64,000 bases of DNA. Source: Pelagomonas calceolata (Eukaryota). A program made the translations under genes and the position numbers. Positions 21,868 to 32,071 of this stretch are shown in pieces. The stretch is from positions 558,001 to 622,000 of the forward strand of contig CAKKNE010000004.1 in assembly GCA_918797485.1 (NCBI GenBank). Direction: 5' to 3'. Under the pieces are notes generated by a model that ran no database searches, was not told the DNA's origin, and worked only from the letters and a program-made list of their open reading frames with translations. The first letter of the stretch is position 1. Every line of letters begins with the position of its first letter.

Positions 21868-22271
21868 CTTGTCGATGTGTAGGTCACGTAGAATCGATGA
21901 ATGGACAATGTGTCTCGCCCTTAGCTGTTTACCAGTGCACACCGGCTAGATCGAGGCTGGATTTTGGCAAGATTAACTTCGAGCTGATAGGTCGATAGAC
22001 ACACTAGACCGCGACAGCTCTCTACGGCGGAAGTCGCGGGACAAGTTTATCGGACGGGCGAACGCTGCACACTGTTCGGGAGGTTGCCGAGGCGGCCCTG
22101 CTTAGAAGGAGGTGCGCTGTTATGAAAGACGCGGCAGGCGCCGCCGCCGATGAATCGGCGACGCGCGTTGTCTCCCCCCCCCGAGCTCCGCCCACTAGTC
22201 CTAGCACCACATAGGGTCCTCCCAGCATGACGCCGCCGACGCGACCCCTCGAAACAAACCACAGCCTAGCC

Positions 22272-23189
22272 TTACCAGTTCGTCCCCGTATACGTCCCGA
22301 ACGTCACCTCGTCGACCGATAGATGGCCCGTGTCGCCTAAGGACCGCAAGGACACCTTCCCGTCGGGACTGATCGTGACGTGCGTCACGGAGCAGTTCAT
22401 CGTGCAGAGCCGCAGCCACCCTTCTGGAGGTAACTGCAGCGCCCTCAAAGCGAAAAATCTAATAACGTTGGCATGGCACACCAACACGTCGTACTCGTCG
22501 GTCGGCGCGTTCACCGGAGGATAGGCGACCGGGTGGTCCTCGTCGCCATCATCATCGTCGATCTCGTCCCACGGCAGAGCTCGCTTGAAATATTTGCGGA
22601 AGGCGGCTTCAATCCGAGCTCCATCTCTATAGACCGCAGCCGCGTGGTGGACGCCGTCGGGGATCGCGTGGCAGGGCACGCCTTCGTTTAGCTGCGGATC
22701 TCCGGGCAGGCGCGGCACGTTATTGAGTTGGGCGTGGATGAGGTCGGCGGTCTCCACGGCCCTTGCTAGACGAGACGAGTGGACGCCTCGGCACACGGCG
22801 CCGGGCTGACTTAACAATTCAGCGACTCGTTTGCCCGCTTGTACGGCCTGCCGTTTACCTAGAGCGGTGAGGACCCGTCCGGAGTCGTCTCCCGCAGATT
22901 CGTCGTACTGGCCGTGCCGTATCAAGATCAAATGCCTTCTGGGCGCACCGGAAGGTTTTAACAGGGAACGTCTCCTCCCTCGGCTATCAAGTTCCCTATG
23001 GTCCCAGTTGCAGTCCCACTGGGGCCAGGGCACGGCGGGCTGGAAGAGCTGGGCTTCTATCGCAAGATCGGCTACTGCGGTTAAACGCCGTTGGACCGCG
23101 GGGGCGCGGTCCTCTGCTCTCGGGCGTGACGTAGGGAGGACGGCGCAGGCTCCTAGAGGGAGCGCTGCGCGGCGGGCGAGGCGGTGCAT
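22272..23189 (-). CDS. PGAM5: PGAM5-like histidine phosphatase
   Basis: WDCNWD motif, LIRHGQY, SSRLARAVETA, VCHANVIRFF..RALQLPPEGWLR, LGDTGH. Confidence 0.9.
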   Translation of the reverse strand: MHRLARRAALPLGACAVLPTSRPRAEDRAPAVQRRLTAVADLAIEAQLFQPAVPWPQWDCNWDHRELDSRGRRRSLLKPSGAPRRHLILIRHGQYDESAGDDSGRVLTALGKRQAVQAGKRVAELLSQPGAVCRGVHSSRLARAVETADLIHAQLNNVPRLPGDPQLNEGVPCHAIPDGVHHAAAVYRDGARIEAAFRKYFKRALPWDEIDDDDGDEDHPVAYPPVNAPTDEYDVLVCHANVIRFFALRALQLPPEGWLRLCTMNCSVTHVTISPDGKVSLRSLGDTGHLSVDEVTFGTYTGTNW

Positions 23190-23779
23190 TATTGTCAGAG
23201 CCGAGTTTCCGTCGCGCTCGCGTAGCGGCTGCGGCGCTTTTTTGTGAGAGCACTGAGTTTTATTGAGAGCACTTGCTGTTTTACGAGCTTATCGGCGTTG
23301 CAGCGATGTGTGGCAGCGCCGGCTGGCGAAAAGTGTCAAAAATTGCGCCCGCAGGCTCAAACTGGGGCCTATCGGAGCCGTCTCCGCCCTCATTGACTCT
23401 TTGCTCAGATGGGCAGTCTGAACCCGCGCGATAGCAGGAGAGCCGCGACCCGTCGCATACCCGAAGGAGGAGTTCCCTGGTCTCGTGCGCACGGAGGTAT
23501 CTGCGACGCTCGTCTCGATGGTGACAAGCTGTGCATGCTCTCATAGTGTTAAGCCGACAGAGGATCGTGGGCGACCCCACTTCTGCTCGCACCGCCGTAG
23601 ACGTGTAACGACGCAGCGTTCGCAGCCGCCGATCGAAGGTTCGAAACGAATTAGCCGTGTGGTGGCCACAAGCCACTGTGGCCTCGGCACAGCGCTGAAA
23701 AGCCGCGGCGGCGCCGTTTCGCGCCAACTGAGGCGCCACGTAACGCCGCCGCAGCGCAAGCGATCAAGAAAACGAGACG

Positions 23780-25979
23780 ATGCCCACCGCCAAGCGCCGA
23801 GATCCAAACGCGAGGCTCGGCATGCCGCCAAAAAGTCAAAACAGGAGTGGAGGCGACATGCGCCGCTTCGTCAAGTCCAAGGACGTCGAGAAGAAGCCCC
23901 AGGCCTGGGCCGTGGGGCTGGACAAGTGGACCTTGTCCTTTTCCAATTCGGCACTTGACGGTGAGTGGAGGCGCCTCGTCGCGGGCCGTTCCAGAGCGCT
24001 GTGGCTCCGATCGCTACTGAGCGCCACCCTATACCAAGCCCTGCGCCACGCGGCGGACACGGCGCAGTTCGGGCCGGCGCCGCAGTGGGTCGTCGCGGTC
24101 CGATTGGTGCTGGCGGTCACCGAAGTGCTGCTGTTCGCCGTGGCCTACTGCGACTTATTACGACCTAGTCAGGCCGCCATCGCGGCGAACGCGTTCTTGT
24201 ACGGCATCGTGGAGCTGGCGTTGGTCGTTGATAGATTGAGGCCGCGCGTCGCTCCCGGGGATTGGCTGCACGTCCGCGACGCAGCGTCCTCGAAGCTGAC
24301 GCCATCGACGCGCCACGGCCTACCTCGCGTCGATGGCGTGGGGGCTGGCGCTCGCGACGCGCGCGCCTCACGCACGAACCACACAGGTCACGTACGGCCT
24401 GGCCTGGTTCATCGTGCCCAAGATGTCCGCTTTACAATTCTTTCCCGCGTGTTTAGGGTCCTGTGCGATTGTCGGCTGGTGGTCCTTGCTTTCTCTTGCG
24501 ACGATGGCTACTCCCCCGGAAGGCGCGAGGTACGGTGTGGGAGGTGATTTATGGAGGTTGCTACGGAGGTGGGCGCCCTTCGCGACACCCGTACGTATCC
24601 AAGAGTGCACGGGCGTCGACTGCGTCCAACGAACACTAGCAGCACTTGAGGAGTCGTCGGTTGTCAGACGAACAAGCTGGCAGGACGCGTCGGCGGGCTT
24701 AGCGTTAGTAGTGCCGGTAGTGGTCCTCTTCAACGTCGTCGCCTACTCGTCCGAGAAGTCCGTCAAGGAGCGGTTCGTGCTCAGAAGTGCGCTCGCCCAC
24801 GAACATCGCCACGACGTCCGCCTGTCATTACTAGGCGACGACGCGTCGCAGATGCTGTCTCGCTTGCAAGATGCGGTGAAGGCGCCTCGATTGAGACCGC
24901 CTGAAAACCGCAATGACAGGTTACTCTTAGCGGCGATACCAGCGGTATTACTTGCAGCATCAGGCTACTTTCCCTCGATCCCGTCCTTCACCGGTTCACT
25001 AGCTTCCTCAGCTTTTGGCGGCCCGGATGCCGCTTGGGCCGCTTTATCTCATGTGTTCGGGCTGAGTTTATTTCTACTCGTTCTGACGAAAAGAGTCAAA
25101 TTCCTACTCCTGACACCTCTCGTAGTAGCAGCTCTCTTCTACTTAGCTGCCCAAACATTGGTGGAGACGGATTCAAGAACAAAACTATTCCGGTGGGCCG
25201 GGAGCGTTGTCCTCGCCGCGTTTGTGCTAGGAGCATTTCGCGTAGCGCGACTCTTCGCGGCACTCCTCCACTTCGCTAGACGAACCTTGTTCCTCTACCC
25301 CCACCTGGAGGAAAATCTCAAGGAACATAGTGACGGGGAGGTCCTGGGCCGCCTTGTCGCGAAAGTCGAGCTGCCAAGGCCAAACAACCCGGGCGCGGTG
25401 CGCGGCGCGTTGGACACGACGACGCCGAACGAGGGCGAGTCCGAACAAAGTCTGTGTTCTTTAGGGTCGTACCGGTCCGAGGAGTCGTCGCAATCTGTGT
25501 GGAAATCAAATTTCGGGCGCCCCACGCCATCGACGCGACGTTGTCGCCGTGACCGCGTCGGTTCGATGGCGTGATTAACCTAACTCACTGGCTGATTTCC
25601 ACACAGGTCGCAATCGATTGGGCCGCTACCCGTGCTCCCGCTGGGATCGCATGATAGAGCCTGCGCTTTTTGTTCGCACGATCCCGGATCTACAAGCTGT
25701 CAAGCGACGCACGCCGTGCCCGTGTGCGGCGCGTGGGCGTCCTGGTACCTATGGAGAGCGGAGCGGGCGAAAAAAATGGATAGGGCGCGGAACGAGGTCT
25801 CGTCTCCCGTTGACGAGGGGCCCTCCCTGAGGCCGTGCTGCGACTTCGCGACGCTGGCGCTTGAACGAAGTGCGCTGCAGCGCGAGAACGCGTCGCTGCG
25901 CGCGCAGATCGCCTCTCTGAGAGCCCGCGAGCGGTCGCCGCCCTCTTCGCCTCCTGAACCTCAGCGGCCGCTCGAGTAA
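23780..25979 (+). CDS. Multi-pass membrane protein with a C-terminal Cys-rich (possible Zn-binding) and coiled-coil tail; 3 exons
   Basis: ORFs 23780.., 24333.. and 25632.. join in frame via introns 24272-24386 and 25487-25606. Many hydrophobic segments; CAFC...C...VCGAW tail. Confidence 0.75.
25495..25606 (+). mobile_element. Introner element (non-autonomous MITE-like DNA transposon forming an intron)
   Basis: Perfect 14-bp TIRs ctgtgtggaaatca (25495-25508) and tgatttccacacag (25593-25606). 8-bp direct repeat gtcgcaat at 25487-25494 and 25607-25614. Confidence 0.92.
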
Positions 25980-26184
25980 GTGGTTGCTGCCGTGTCTAGA
26001 CGTCTAGTCCTCCCCGCCGCGCCTGGCACTTTGAGGTTGGCTCTCTTGCCCAGACTCGGGCCAGAGTCTTGGTCTCGCCGACGTTCTCCGCCCCAGAACG
26101 TTGCCCAGACCCCCTGCAATTTGCTTTTGAGGTTGTCTCGCCGACGCTCTCGTTCCCCAGAAGCTGCCCAAACGCTGCCAAAGA

Positions 26185-27813
26185 ATGAAGACCGTTGCCG
26201 CCATCGCTATCCTCTGCCTCGGCGCCGCCGCCGCCAGGAAGGCGTCGCGCGAGACGGCCTCGGACCGCATCGAGAAGTTGCTGGCCGCCCGGGGCAGCAG
26301 GAAGACGACGCGCGCGAGCCGGCGCTTGGGGAGCCCGAAGCAGATGGTCGACACGGCGCACCCGCTGCTGAAGGCTCGCTGGGAGGCCACCGGCAAGCTT
26401 ACGCTGGCGGATATCGAGGCGGCGGCGGCGGCGCCCGAGTGGCGGACCGAGCGGGCCGTGCGCGGCCGGGACCGCGTCTCGCGCCTCGGGAGCATCAACG
26501 ACGACCGGACCGCCGACATGTGCGCGGCCTACACGGGTTCCGGAGCGGCGTGCTTCGAGGGCGACCTGTCCGAATTGGACGACGACTTCATCGTGTCGCT
26601 CGAGCCGGGCGCCTGCGCCACGTGCGGCTACGGCGAAGATGCGCCCTCGGGCGGCCAGGACGATTGGTCAGACTGCATCACGTGCGCCAACGCCGGGGAA
26701 GAAATCATTGTCCTCTTCGACGACTGCACGGGCACCTGCGTCGACGCGGCCGGCAAGGCGTTCTGGGAAGGGCTGGGCTACGCGGACCTGGACGACTCGG
26801 CGTGCGAGGCGACGCGGGCGTGCTACGACGATGACGGCTTCGTCGACTCGCTGTCGCTCGGCGGCACGAACGCGAAGTACGCCGGCGACGTTGGGAGCTA
26901 CTCGTACTCGTACGACGACGACGGCGGCAGTGACGACGACGGCTTCGCCTGCTTGGATGACTGCAGCTTTACCAACGACGACGACGAGGTGGGCTGGGAC
27001 TGCGCCGGCTACAGGGACATCGCCAGCTCGTGCCTGGCGGACTGCGACGCGTCGCTGGCGAACGAATTCGCGTTCCACTGCGCAGAGATGCTTATCAAGA
27101 CATTGTGCTATGCCGAAAAGACGGCCGCGAAGACCTGCGCCTGCGCCGAGTTAAACGTTTGCGACGACAGCGGCATCACCGGTTACAGCCTGCCCAGCGA
27201 CGCGGTCAACCACGGCGCGACGAACGGGGGCTGGTGCTCCGGGGGCGTGGACGACTGCAGCATGGACGACGATCCCGAGTTCGACGCCGCGGCCTGCTGG
27301 GGCCTCTGCGCGCTCAAGTACCCCGACTCGCTCGTCGCGATCGACCTCAACGAAGGTTCCTGCTGCTGCCAGGATAAGTGCGAATGCATGGCCAATATCG
27401 AAGACGGGAATGAGGTATACACCGACGCCTCGATCACGACGCTCCCCGCCGATTGCGGCGGCGACGACGACGACGACGTCGGTCCGCTCCCCGCTACCTG
27501 CGCGGACGGCGCGGCCAACAGCGAGTTCATCTGGGAATGCGGGGGCGGTCCCGTCTACCAGCAGGGCTGCGTCGACGAGTGGCACGCCTACGTCGAATGC
27601 AAGTGGAACTATTTCCCGGCGATCGTCGACGACACCTATTTCAACGGCCCGTCGTGCTCCCTGTCGTGCGCCGATGCCCTGTCGTCGCCGGCGCCGGCGC
27701 CGGCGCCGGCGCCGCGGCCCGCGAACGCCACCGCGCTCGGGTCCGACGCGGCGGCGGCGCGCGGCCCGCTCCTCGCCACCGCCGTCCTCGGCGCCGCGGC
27801 CGCGGCGCTCTAG
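26185..27813 (+). CDS. Cys/Asp-rich secreted, probably GPI-anchored surface protein
   Basis: Signal MKTVAAIAILCLGAAAA; many Cys; SYSYSY motif; PAPAPAP stalk; hydrophobic C-terminus SDAAAARGPLLATAVLGAAAAAL. Confidence 0.85.
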   Translation: MKTVAAIAILCLGAAAARKASRETASDRIEKLLAARGSRKTTRASRRLGSPKQMVDTAHPLLKARWEATGKLTLADIEAAAAAPEWRTERAVRGRDRVSRLGSINDDRTADMCAAYTGSGAACFEGDLSELDDDFIVSLEPGACATCGYGEDAPSGGQDDWSDCITCANAGEEIIVLFDDCTGTCVDAAGKAFWEGLGYADLDDSACEATRACYDDDGFVDSLSLGGTNAKYAGDVGSYSYSYDDDGGSDDDGFACLDDCSFTNDDDEVGWDCAGYRDIASSCLADCDASLANEFAFHCAEMLIKTLCYAEKTAAKTCACAELNVCDDSGITGYSLPSDAVNHGATNGGWCSGGVDDCSMDDDPEFDAAACWGLCALKYPDSLVAIDLNEGSCCCQDKCECMANIEDGNEVYTDASITTLPADCGGDDDDDVGPLPATCADGAANSEFIWECGGGPVYQQGCVDEWHAYVECKWNYFPAIVDDTYFNGPSCSLSCADALSSPAPAPAPAPRPANATALGSDAAAARGPLLATAVLGAAAAAL

Positions 27814-27859
27814 GCCGGACGGCCCAATTCACTTCCCCCCCCCCCATCATCGTCATGAT

Positions 27860-27973
27860 GCTCTCCGAGTCGCCCGGGCGGACCTACTCCGCCCTCGGCC
27901 GCTGGCTCCTCTCCTCCTTGAACCGCTCGGGCTCCGCCCTCGACCGCTGGTTTTCGCACTAAGGCACCATACT
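27860..27973 (+). repeat. 3' flank duplicated at 29082-29197
   Basis: gctctccgagtcgcccgggcggacctactccgccctcggccgctggctc...ctcgaccgctggttttcgcac is near-identical downstream of both surface-protein genes. Confidence 0.9.
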
Positions 27974-28311
27974 TCGTACTACTTCACGTCCGCCACGACC
28001 TCCGTGGCGCGGGATGGAGTTTTGAGTTTGTCGGCGTATGCCTATACGCTATCCATGCGCAATTGCGGAGGATTTATATTGTTACGGTGCTAGAACTAGT
28101 GGGCGGAGCCTTGCGGAGGATTGACCAGTAATAAACTCTCTAGAGTTTGCAGCAGATTTGCAGCTATGCGAGACTGCCAGAGTGAAGTGCTTTGCGAGCC
28201 GTAGACGCTGCCCAAACAAGGCCAGGTGGAATATTTCCCAGTCCGAGCCACTGAGCAGTTTTCTGGGACACTACGCTGCCGGGGAAATCCGGAGCTACAC
28301 ACTCTACGCAG

Positions 28312-29034
28312 ATGAAGACCGCCGCCGTCACCCTTGCCCTCTGCCTCAGTGTCGCCACTGGCGACGACAGGTGCATCGGCGGTTGGAAGACTGGCGACGG
28401 CCAGGGGCCACTGGGGTCGGCATATGAGATGTCCTTAGGGACTGCCGATAGCCGCGAGGCGTGCATCGATGCCGTACAAGCTCTCAACACCGGCGCCAAC
28501 GCTGCAACCTACTCAACCGATGGCACCAAGGCGTGCTATGTGGAGTACGGCCAGACGACTGTTGATACCAGTTCGTATAGTTCGGACTATGAGAACTGCC
28601 TCCTCACGGCGCCGGCGACGCCGAGCCGCGACCTCGACGGCGACGGCGCCGAGGACGTCGCGCCCGAGGGCTCCTGCTGCATCGTCCAGTACGGCGTCGG
28701 CTTCGATACTCAGTGTGGCAGTACCCTGGCGGAGGTCACGGCGAGCAATTGCTGCCCGAGCCCCTTCGTCGCCCGCTACCATCTCGGGGCCAGCGGCGAA
28801 GAGACGACAAACTACGACTGCGTCTCCTTCATCAGCAAGGAGGACTGCATCACCTACGGACAGACTTGGAGCGGGGGCGACGACGACCCGATTGGCCTCG
28901 GCCAGATCGGGGGCTGCCCCCACTCCGCCGCGGCGCCCGCGTACGAAGCAGCGCTCAAGGAGTCCGATTCCGCGCCCGCGTCGGGCCCGGCGCTCCTCGC
29001 CACCGTCCTCGCGGCCGCGGCCGCGGCGCTCTGA
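28312..29034 (+). CDS. Cys-rich secreted, probably GPI-anchored protein (possible PAN/apple-like module)
   Basis: Signal MKTAAVTLALCLSVATG; C-terminus SDSAPASGPALLATVLAAAAAAL. Confidence 0.85.
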   Translation: MKTAAVTLALCLSVATGDDRCIGGWKTGDGQGPLGSAYEMSLGTADSREACIDAVQALNTGANAATYSTDGTKACYVEYGQTTVDTSSYSSDYENCLLTAPATPSRDLDGDGAEDVAPEGSCCIVQYGVGFDTQCGSTLAEVTASNCCPSPFVARYHLGASGEETTNYDCVSFISKEDCITYGQTWSGGDDDPIGLGQIGGCPHSAAAPAYEAALKESDSAPASGPALLATVLAAAAAAL

Positions 29035-29081
29035 GGCGCCGTCGCCCAATTCGCCTCTGCACATTCCCCCCATCCACGATC

Positions 29082-29197
29082 GCTCTCCGAGTCGCCCGGG
29101 CGGACCTACTCCGCCCTCGGCCGCTGGCTCCCCTCCTCCTTGAACCGCTCGGGCCTCCGCCCTCGACCGCTGGTTTTCGCACCTAAGACACCGTACT
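29082..29197 (+). repeat. Second copy of the duplicated 3' flank
   Basis: Near-identical to 27860-27973. Confidence 0.9.
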
Positions 29198-29249
29198 ACA
29201 CAGCGTGGGAGCCAACTTGAAGAACTTGAAATCAGATACAACCCTTACC

Positions 29250-29600
29250 CTACACGTCGGCGACGACCTCCGTCTGCAATCCTTTAACGGAAGCGACCTC
29301 GACGTGCTGCACCAGCGTGTACAGCTTCTCGGACGCCTCCTCGTCCTCGTTGCGCTTCCGCGACAGCCGCACGCGCACGCGGTAGGGCACGTTCCGGACG
29401 CCCTTCGACCAGACGTGCTTGTTGAGTTTCGCGTCAATTCTCACATCAGACGTCTTCATGGCCTTCTCGGCGAATTTTTTGATCTCGCGGATGGCCCGCG
29501 GCGCCTTCCGCTTGAAGGTGATGCCGTGGAGGCGCTTGTGGAGGTTGATCGTGTAGTCGCGCGTCACGAGGTCGGGGGCTTTGCTTTGGCCCTTGACCAT
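29250..29600 (-). CDS. RPL31: 60S ribosomal protein L31 (eL31)
   Basis: [14 protein letters not shown]...KAPRAIREI...[26 protein letters not shown]. Confidence 0.97.
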   Translation of the reverse strand: MVKGQSKAPDLVTRDYTINLHKRLHGITFKRKAPRAIREIKKFAEKAMKTSDVRIDAKLNKHVWSKGVRNVPYRVRVRLSRKRNEDEEASEKLYTLVQHVEVASVKGLQTEVVADV

Positions 29601-30239
29601 GGTTTATAAAGCGGAGGCGTCCGCGGCGATTCCACTCCTAGCCTGCGGGGGGCGGTGAGCGTCTCGTGTGTGTCCGCCGCCGTTCGAGGCGTCTCGGTGA
29701 GCGTCTCGTGTGCGGGCATCTCATCGAGGGTCCCGCTGCCGTTCGCAGGTCTCGCGCGTGCGTCTCGTGTGTGTCGATTGGGTTCCAGCCCTCCCGCGGC
29801 GGCCGAGCGCCTCGCCGGGCCTCGCCGGCGCCCGCGGCGGTGCCTCAGAGCTCCCCGCAGCGCGCTGACAGGCCTGAGCCCTCGCTGGTTCCGCGGCAGT
29901 GCCTTGCAAAAACGTCCGCAGCGCGCTGACAGCGTCTCGCGTGCTCCAGGCCTCTATGCAAGCTAAGCAGCCGAGGCGCTGATAATCGGCGAGGACCGTA
30001 AGAGTGAGCAAACCAGCGCTCCGTGACAGCCTCGGGTGACGTATAGAGCTCCGGCAAGGCGGTTTGGGACTCTGAAATGCACGCTATAGGCCTAAAAGCT
30101 GAGCGTCGCTGTCTAGGCGATGCTGTTTTTTTTGCTCCTAGTGTCTTTACGCTAGCAGCGCTGATCGATCGATGGGCCGCCCACGAGTCCCCACACCGTC
30201 ACGGAACACCCTACGACACCGAAATACAGCATAGACTTA

Positions 30240-31610
30240 CTACCCCCCTACTACACGGTCGTCGACGCGGTTGAACACGCTCCGCACCTTCAGCACCCTC
30301 CCTTTCAAACTCAATTCATTCAACACGACATACCGTTTTCCATCCAACCGCCGCGTGATGACCTGGGACTTGTTCGGTACACCAAAGTCGACGGCCGTCA
30401 CAATAGCTCCGGACTGAATTGTTGTAGTCGTCGTATACGAGGATTTATCCACAGGAGAAATCTTGACCAGCGACCCGCCGCTCAAATCGAAGTGGTCCTC
30501 CATCGTCCGAAATTTCGTGACTGTGGTCTCGTCCCACACATCCCCGTCGTGCTCGATGTGTATCGTGCGCTTCGTGCCGCGGATGGCCCTTCTCGCCACC
30601 CAGGGGACCCCCAGCGCCGCCATCATCTCATCATTACTATCGGAGGCGCCGTGGTCGAGGACGTAGGTCCCACTAAAGTCGGGGCACTTGGCTTTTTGTG
30701 GGGAGAATAAGGACGGCCGTCGCTGTTGAGGGTTTGGGCTCCGGATGCCAACTAAGGACGGTCTTCGCGCCAATAGCTCGCCGCTCCGCCGTCTCTTCCG
30801 GAGGGGCTGCTCCTCGTCTGGGTTTAGTCGAGTGGTGAGCACGAGGTCGTACCGTTTCTGCGGAGCGTCTCGTTTCCTCTTGACCGACGCCGCCGCCGCT
30901 CCGGCAAGCAGCAGCCCGGCCGTCGCCGCGCGCGGCACGAAAGCAGAACCGACCAGGCCCAACGCCACCGACGCGCAGGCCGTCCCCAAGATTGAGGGCG
31001 GTTGTGGCGGCGTCGTGTCCTCGAGCGCAGCGACTAGCGTCGACGACCCGGCCGTCGCGACCTCCACTTGTTCACCAGCAGTCACATCAGCGGTAAGGGT
31101 CGACCCGTCCGCCAGTCGGACGTGGGCCGCGTGCTCGCCGTCCGGCACACTACCTAAAGCCGCCACGGTCCGCAGCGGCGCGGGCGCGCGCTGGTCGACC
31201 CAGGCGCCGTCGATCATCCACGGAATGCCCGTGTTCTCTTCCTCCTCGTCTGAGGACGATGATTCCACCTCCTCGGCGCCCGCGGCGGCACACCTTATGA
31301 CCGTGGCCCACTGGCCCGCGCTCTGTTCCGATGATGCTCTGACATGATATGTTCTGTCAGGCGTATAGATATCCAGCGTGTTGTCGTCTTGCACGACGCC
31401 TCTTATTTGTTCACACCGTATAGTACCACGATGTCCGGAATTAACTTCTTTGGAGTACCTCAAAGTAGCCTCGGAACCGGCCCCCTGCAGCACGAACCAG
31501 CGCTTCCTTTCTGCCGAGAGGGCCGTGCCGCCTTTTTTGTGCAACCAGCCTTGCTTAGTAGGTGGGGGTGCGAGGCGGGCCTTTTTGTGTGTTGCCTCCT
31601 CGCGGTCCAT
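30240..31610 (-). CDS. PH domain + hydrophobic hairpin + C-terminal FABP/calycin-like domain protein
   Basis: KQGWLHKKGG...KRWFVL...RTYHVRA...W (PH). Central hydrophobic stretch. DFSGTYVL...NDEMMAALGVPWVAR (FABP-like). Likely start MDREE at 31610. Confidence 0.75.
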   Translation of the reverse strand: MDREEATHKKARLAPPPTKQGWLHKKGGTALSAERKRWFVLQGAGSEATLRYSKEVNSGHRGTIRCEQIRGVVQDDNTLDIYTPDRTYHVRASSEQSAGQWATVIRCAAAGAEEVESSSSDEEEENTGIPWMIDGAWVDQRAPAPLRTVAALGSVPDGEHAAHVRLADGSTLTADVTAGEQVEVATAGSSTLVAALEDTTPPQPPSILGTACASVALGLVGSAFVPRAATAGLLLAGAAAASVKRKRDAPQKRYDLVLTTRLNPDEEQPLRKRRRSGELLARRPSLVGIRSPNPQQRRPSLFSPQKAKCPDFSGTYVLDHGASDSNDEMMAALGVPWVARRAIRGTKRTIHIEHDGDVWDETTVTKFRTMEDHFDLSGGSLVKISPVDKSSYTTTTTIQSGAIVTAVDFGVPNKSQVITRRLDGKRYVVLNELSLKGRVLKVRSVFNRVDDRVVGG

Positions 31611-32071
31611 GGCTCGTCGGTCGCGGCGCGCGGGCAGCCGAGCAAGCGTACCGCGGTCAACGGTCGCGGCGCTGGCGTGCCGCGGGCAGCAATAATGCGC
31701 GCGAGACCGCATGCAAAATCGAGCTGGGAGCACCCCGCACCTAAATCCCAGAGCCCCAAGGCCCGAGCACGTCTCCGAGGGACACATCAGAGCTCCCGGT
31801 ATAGCTGGCAATGCGAGAAAGAGACTTCGAGGAGGTCGCCTAGACAACAAAAACACGTCTCGACGCGCGACGCCATTGGTCGCTGCGAGGCGCACGGCTG
31901 GCCGACGCAGTGCACGCTTGCGAAGCGTTGCGCCGCGAGCCCGGCGATCCCTGCAAACCGAGCCTCGCGCGCTTAGTTTGCGAGCCAAGCATTGGAGGCC
32001 ACTGCTTTGCCTAGCCCGCAGCGCAAGGCGCCGTCCGCCGCAGCACTGTGGAAGCGGTGCAAGATAGAAAC

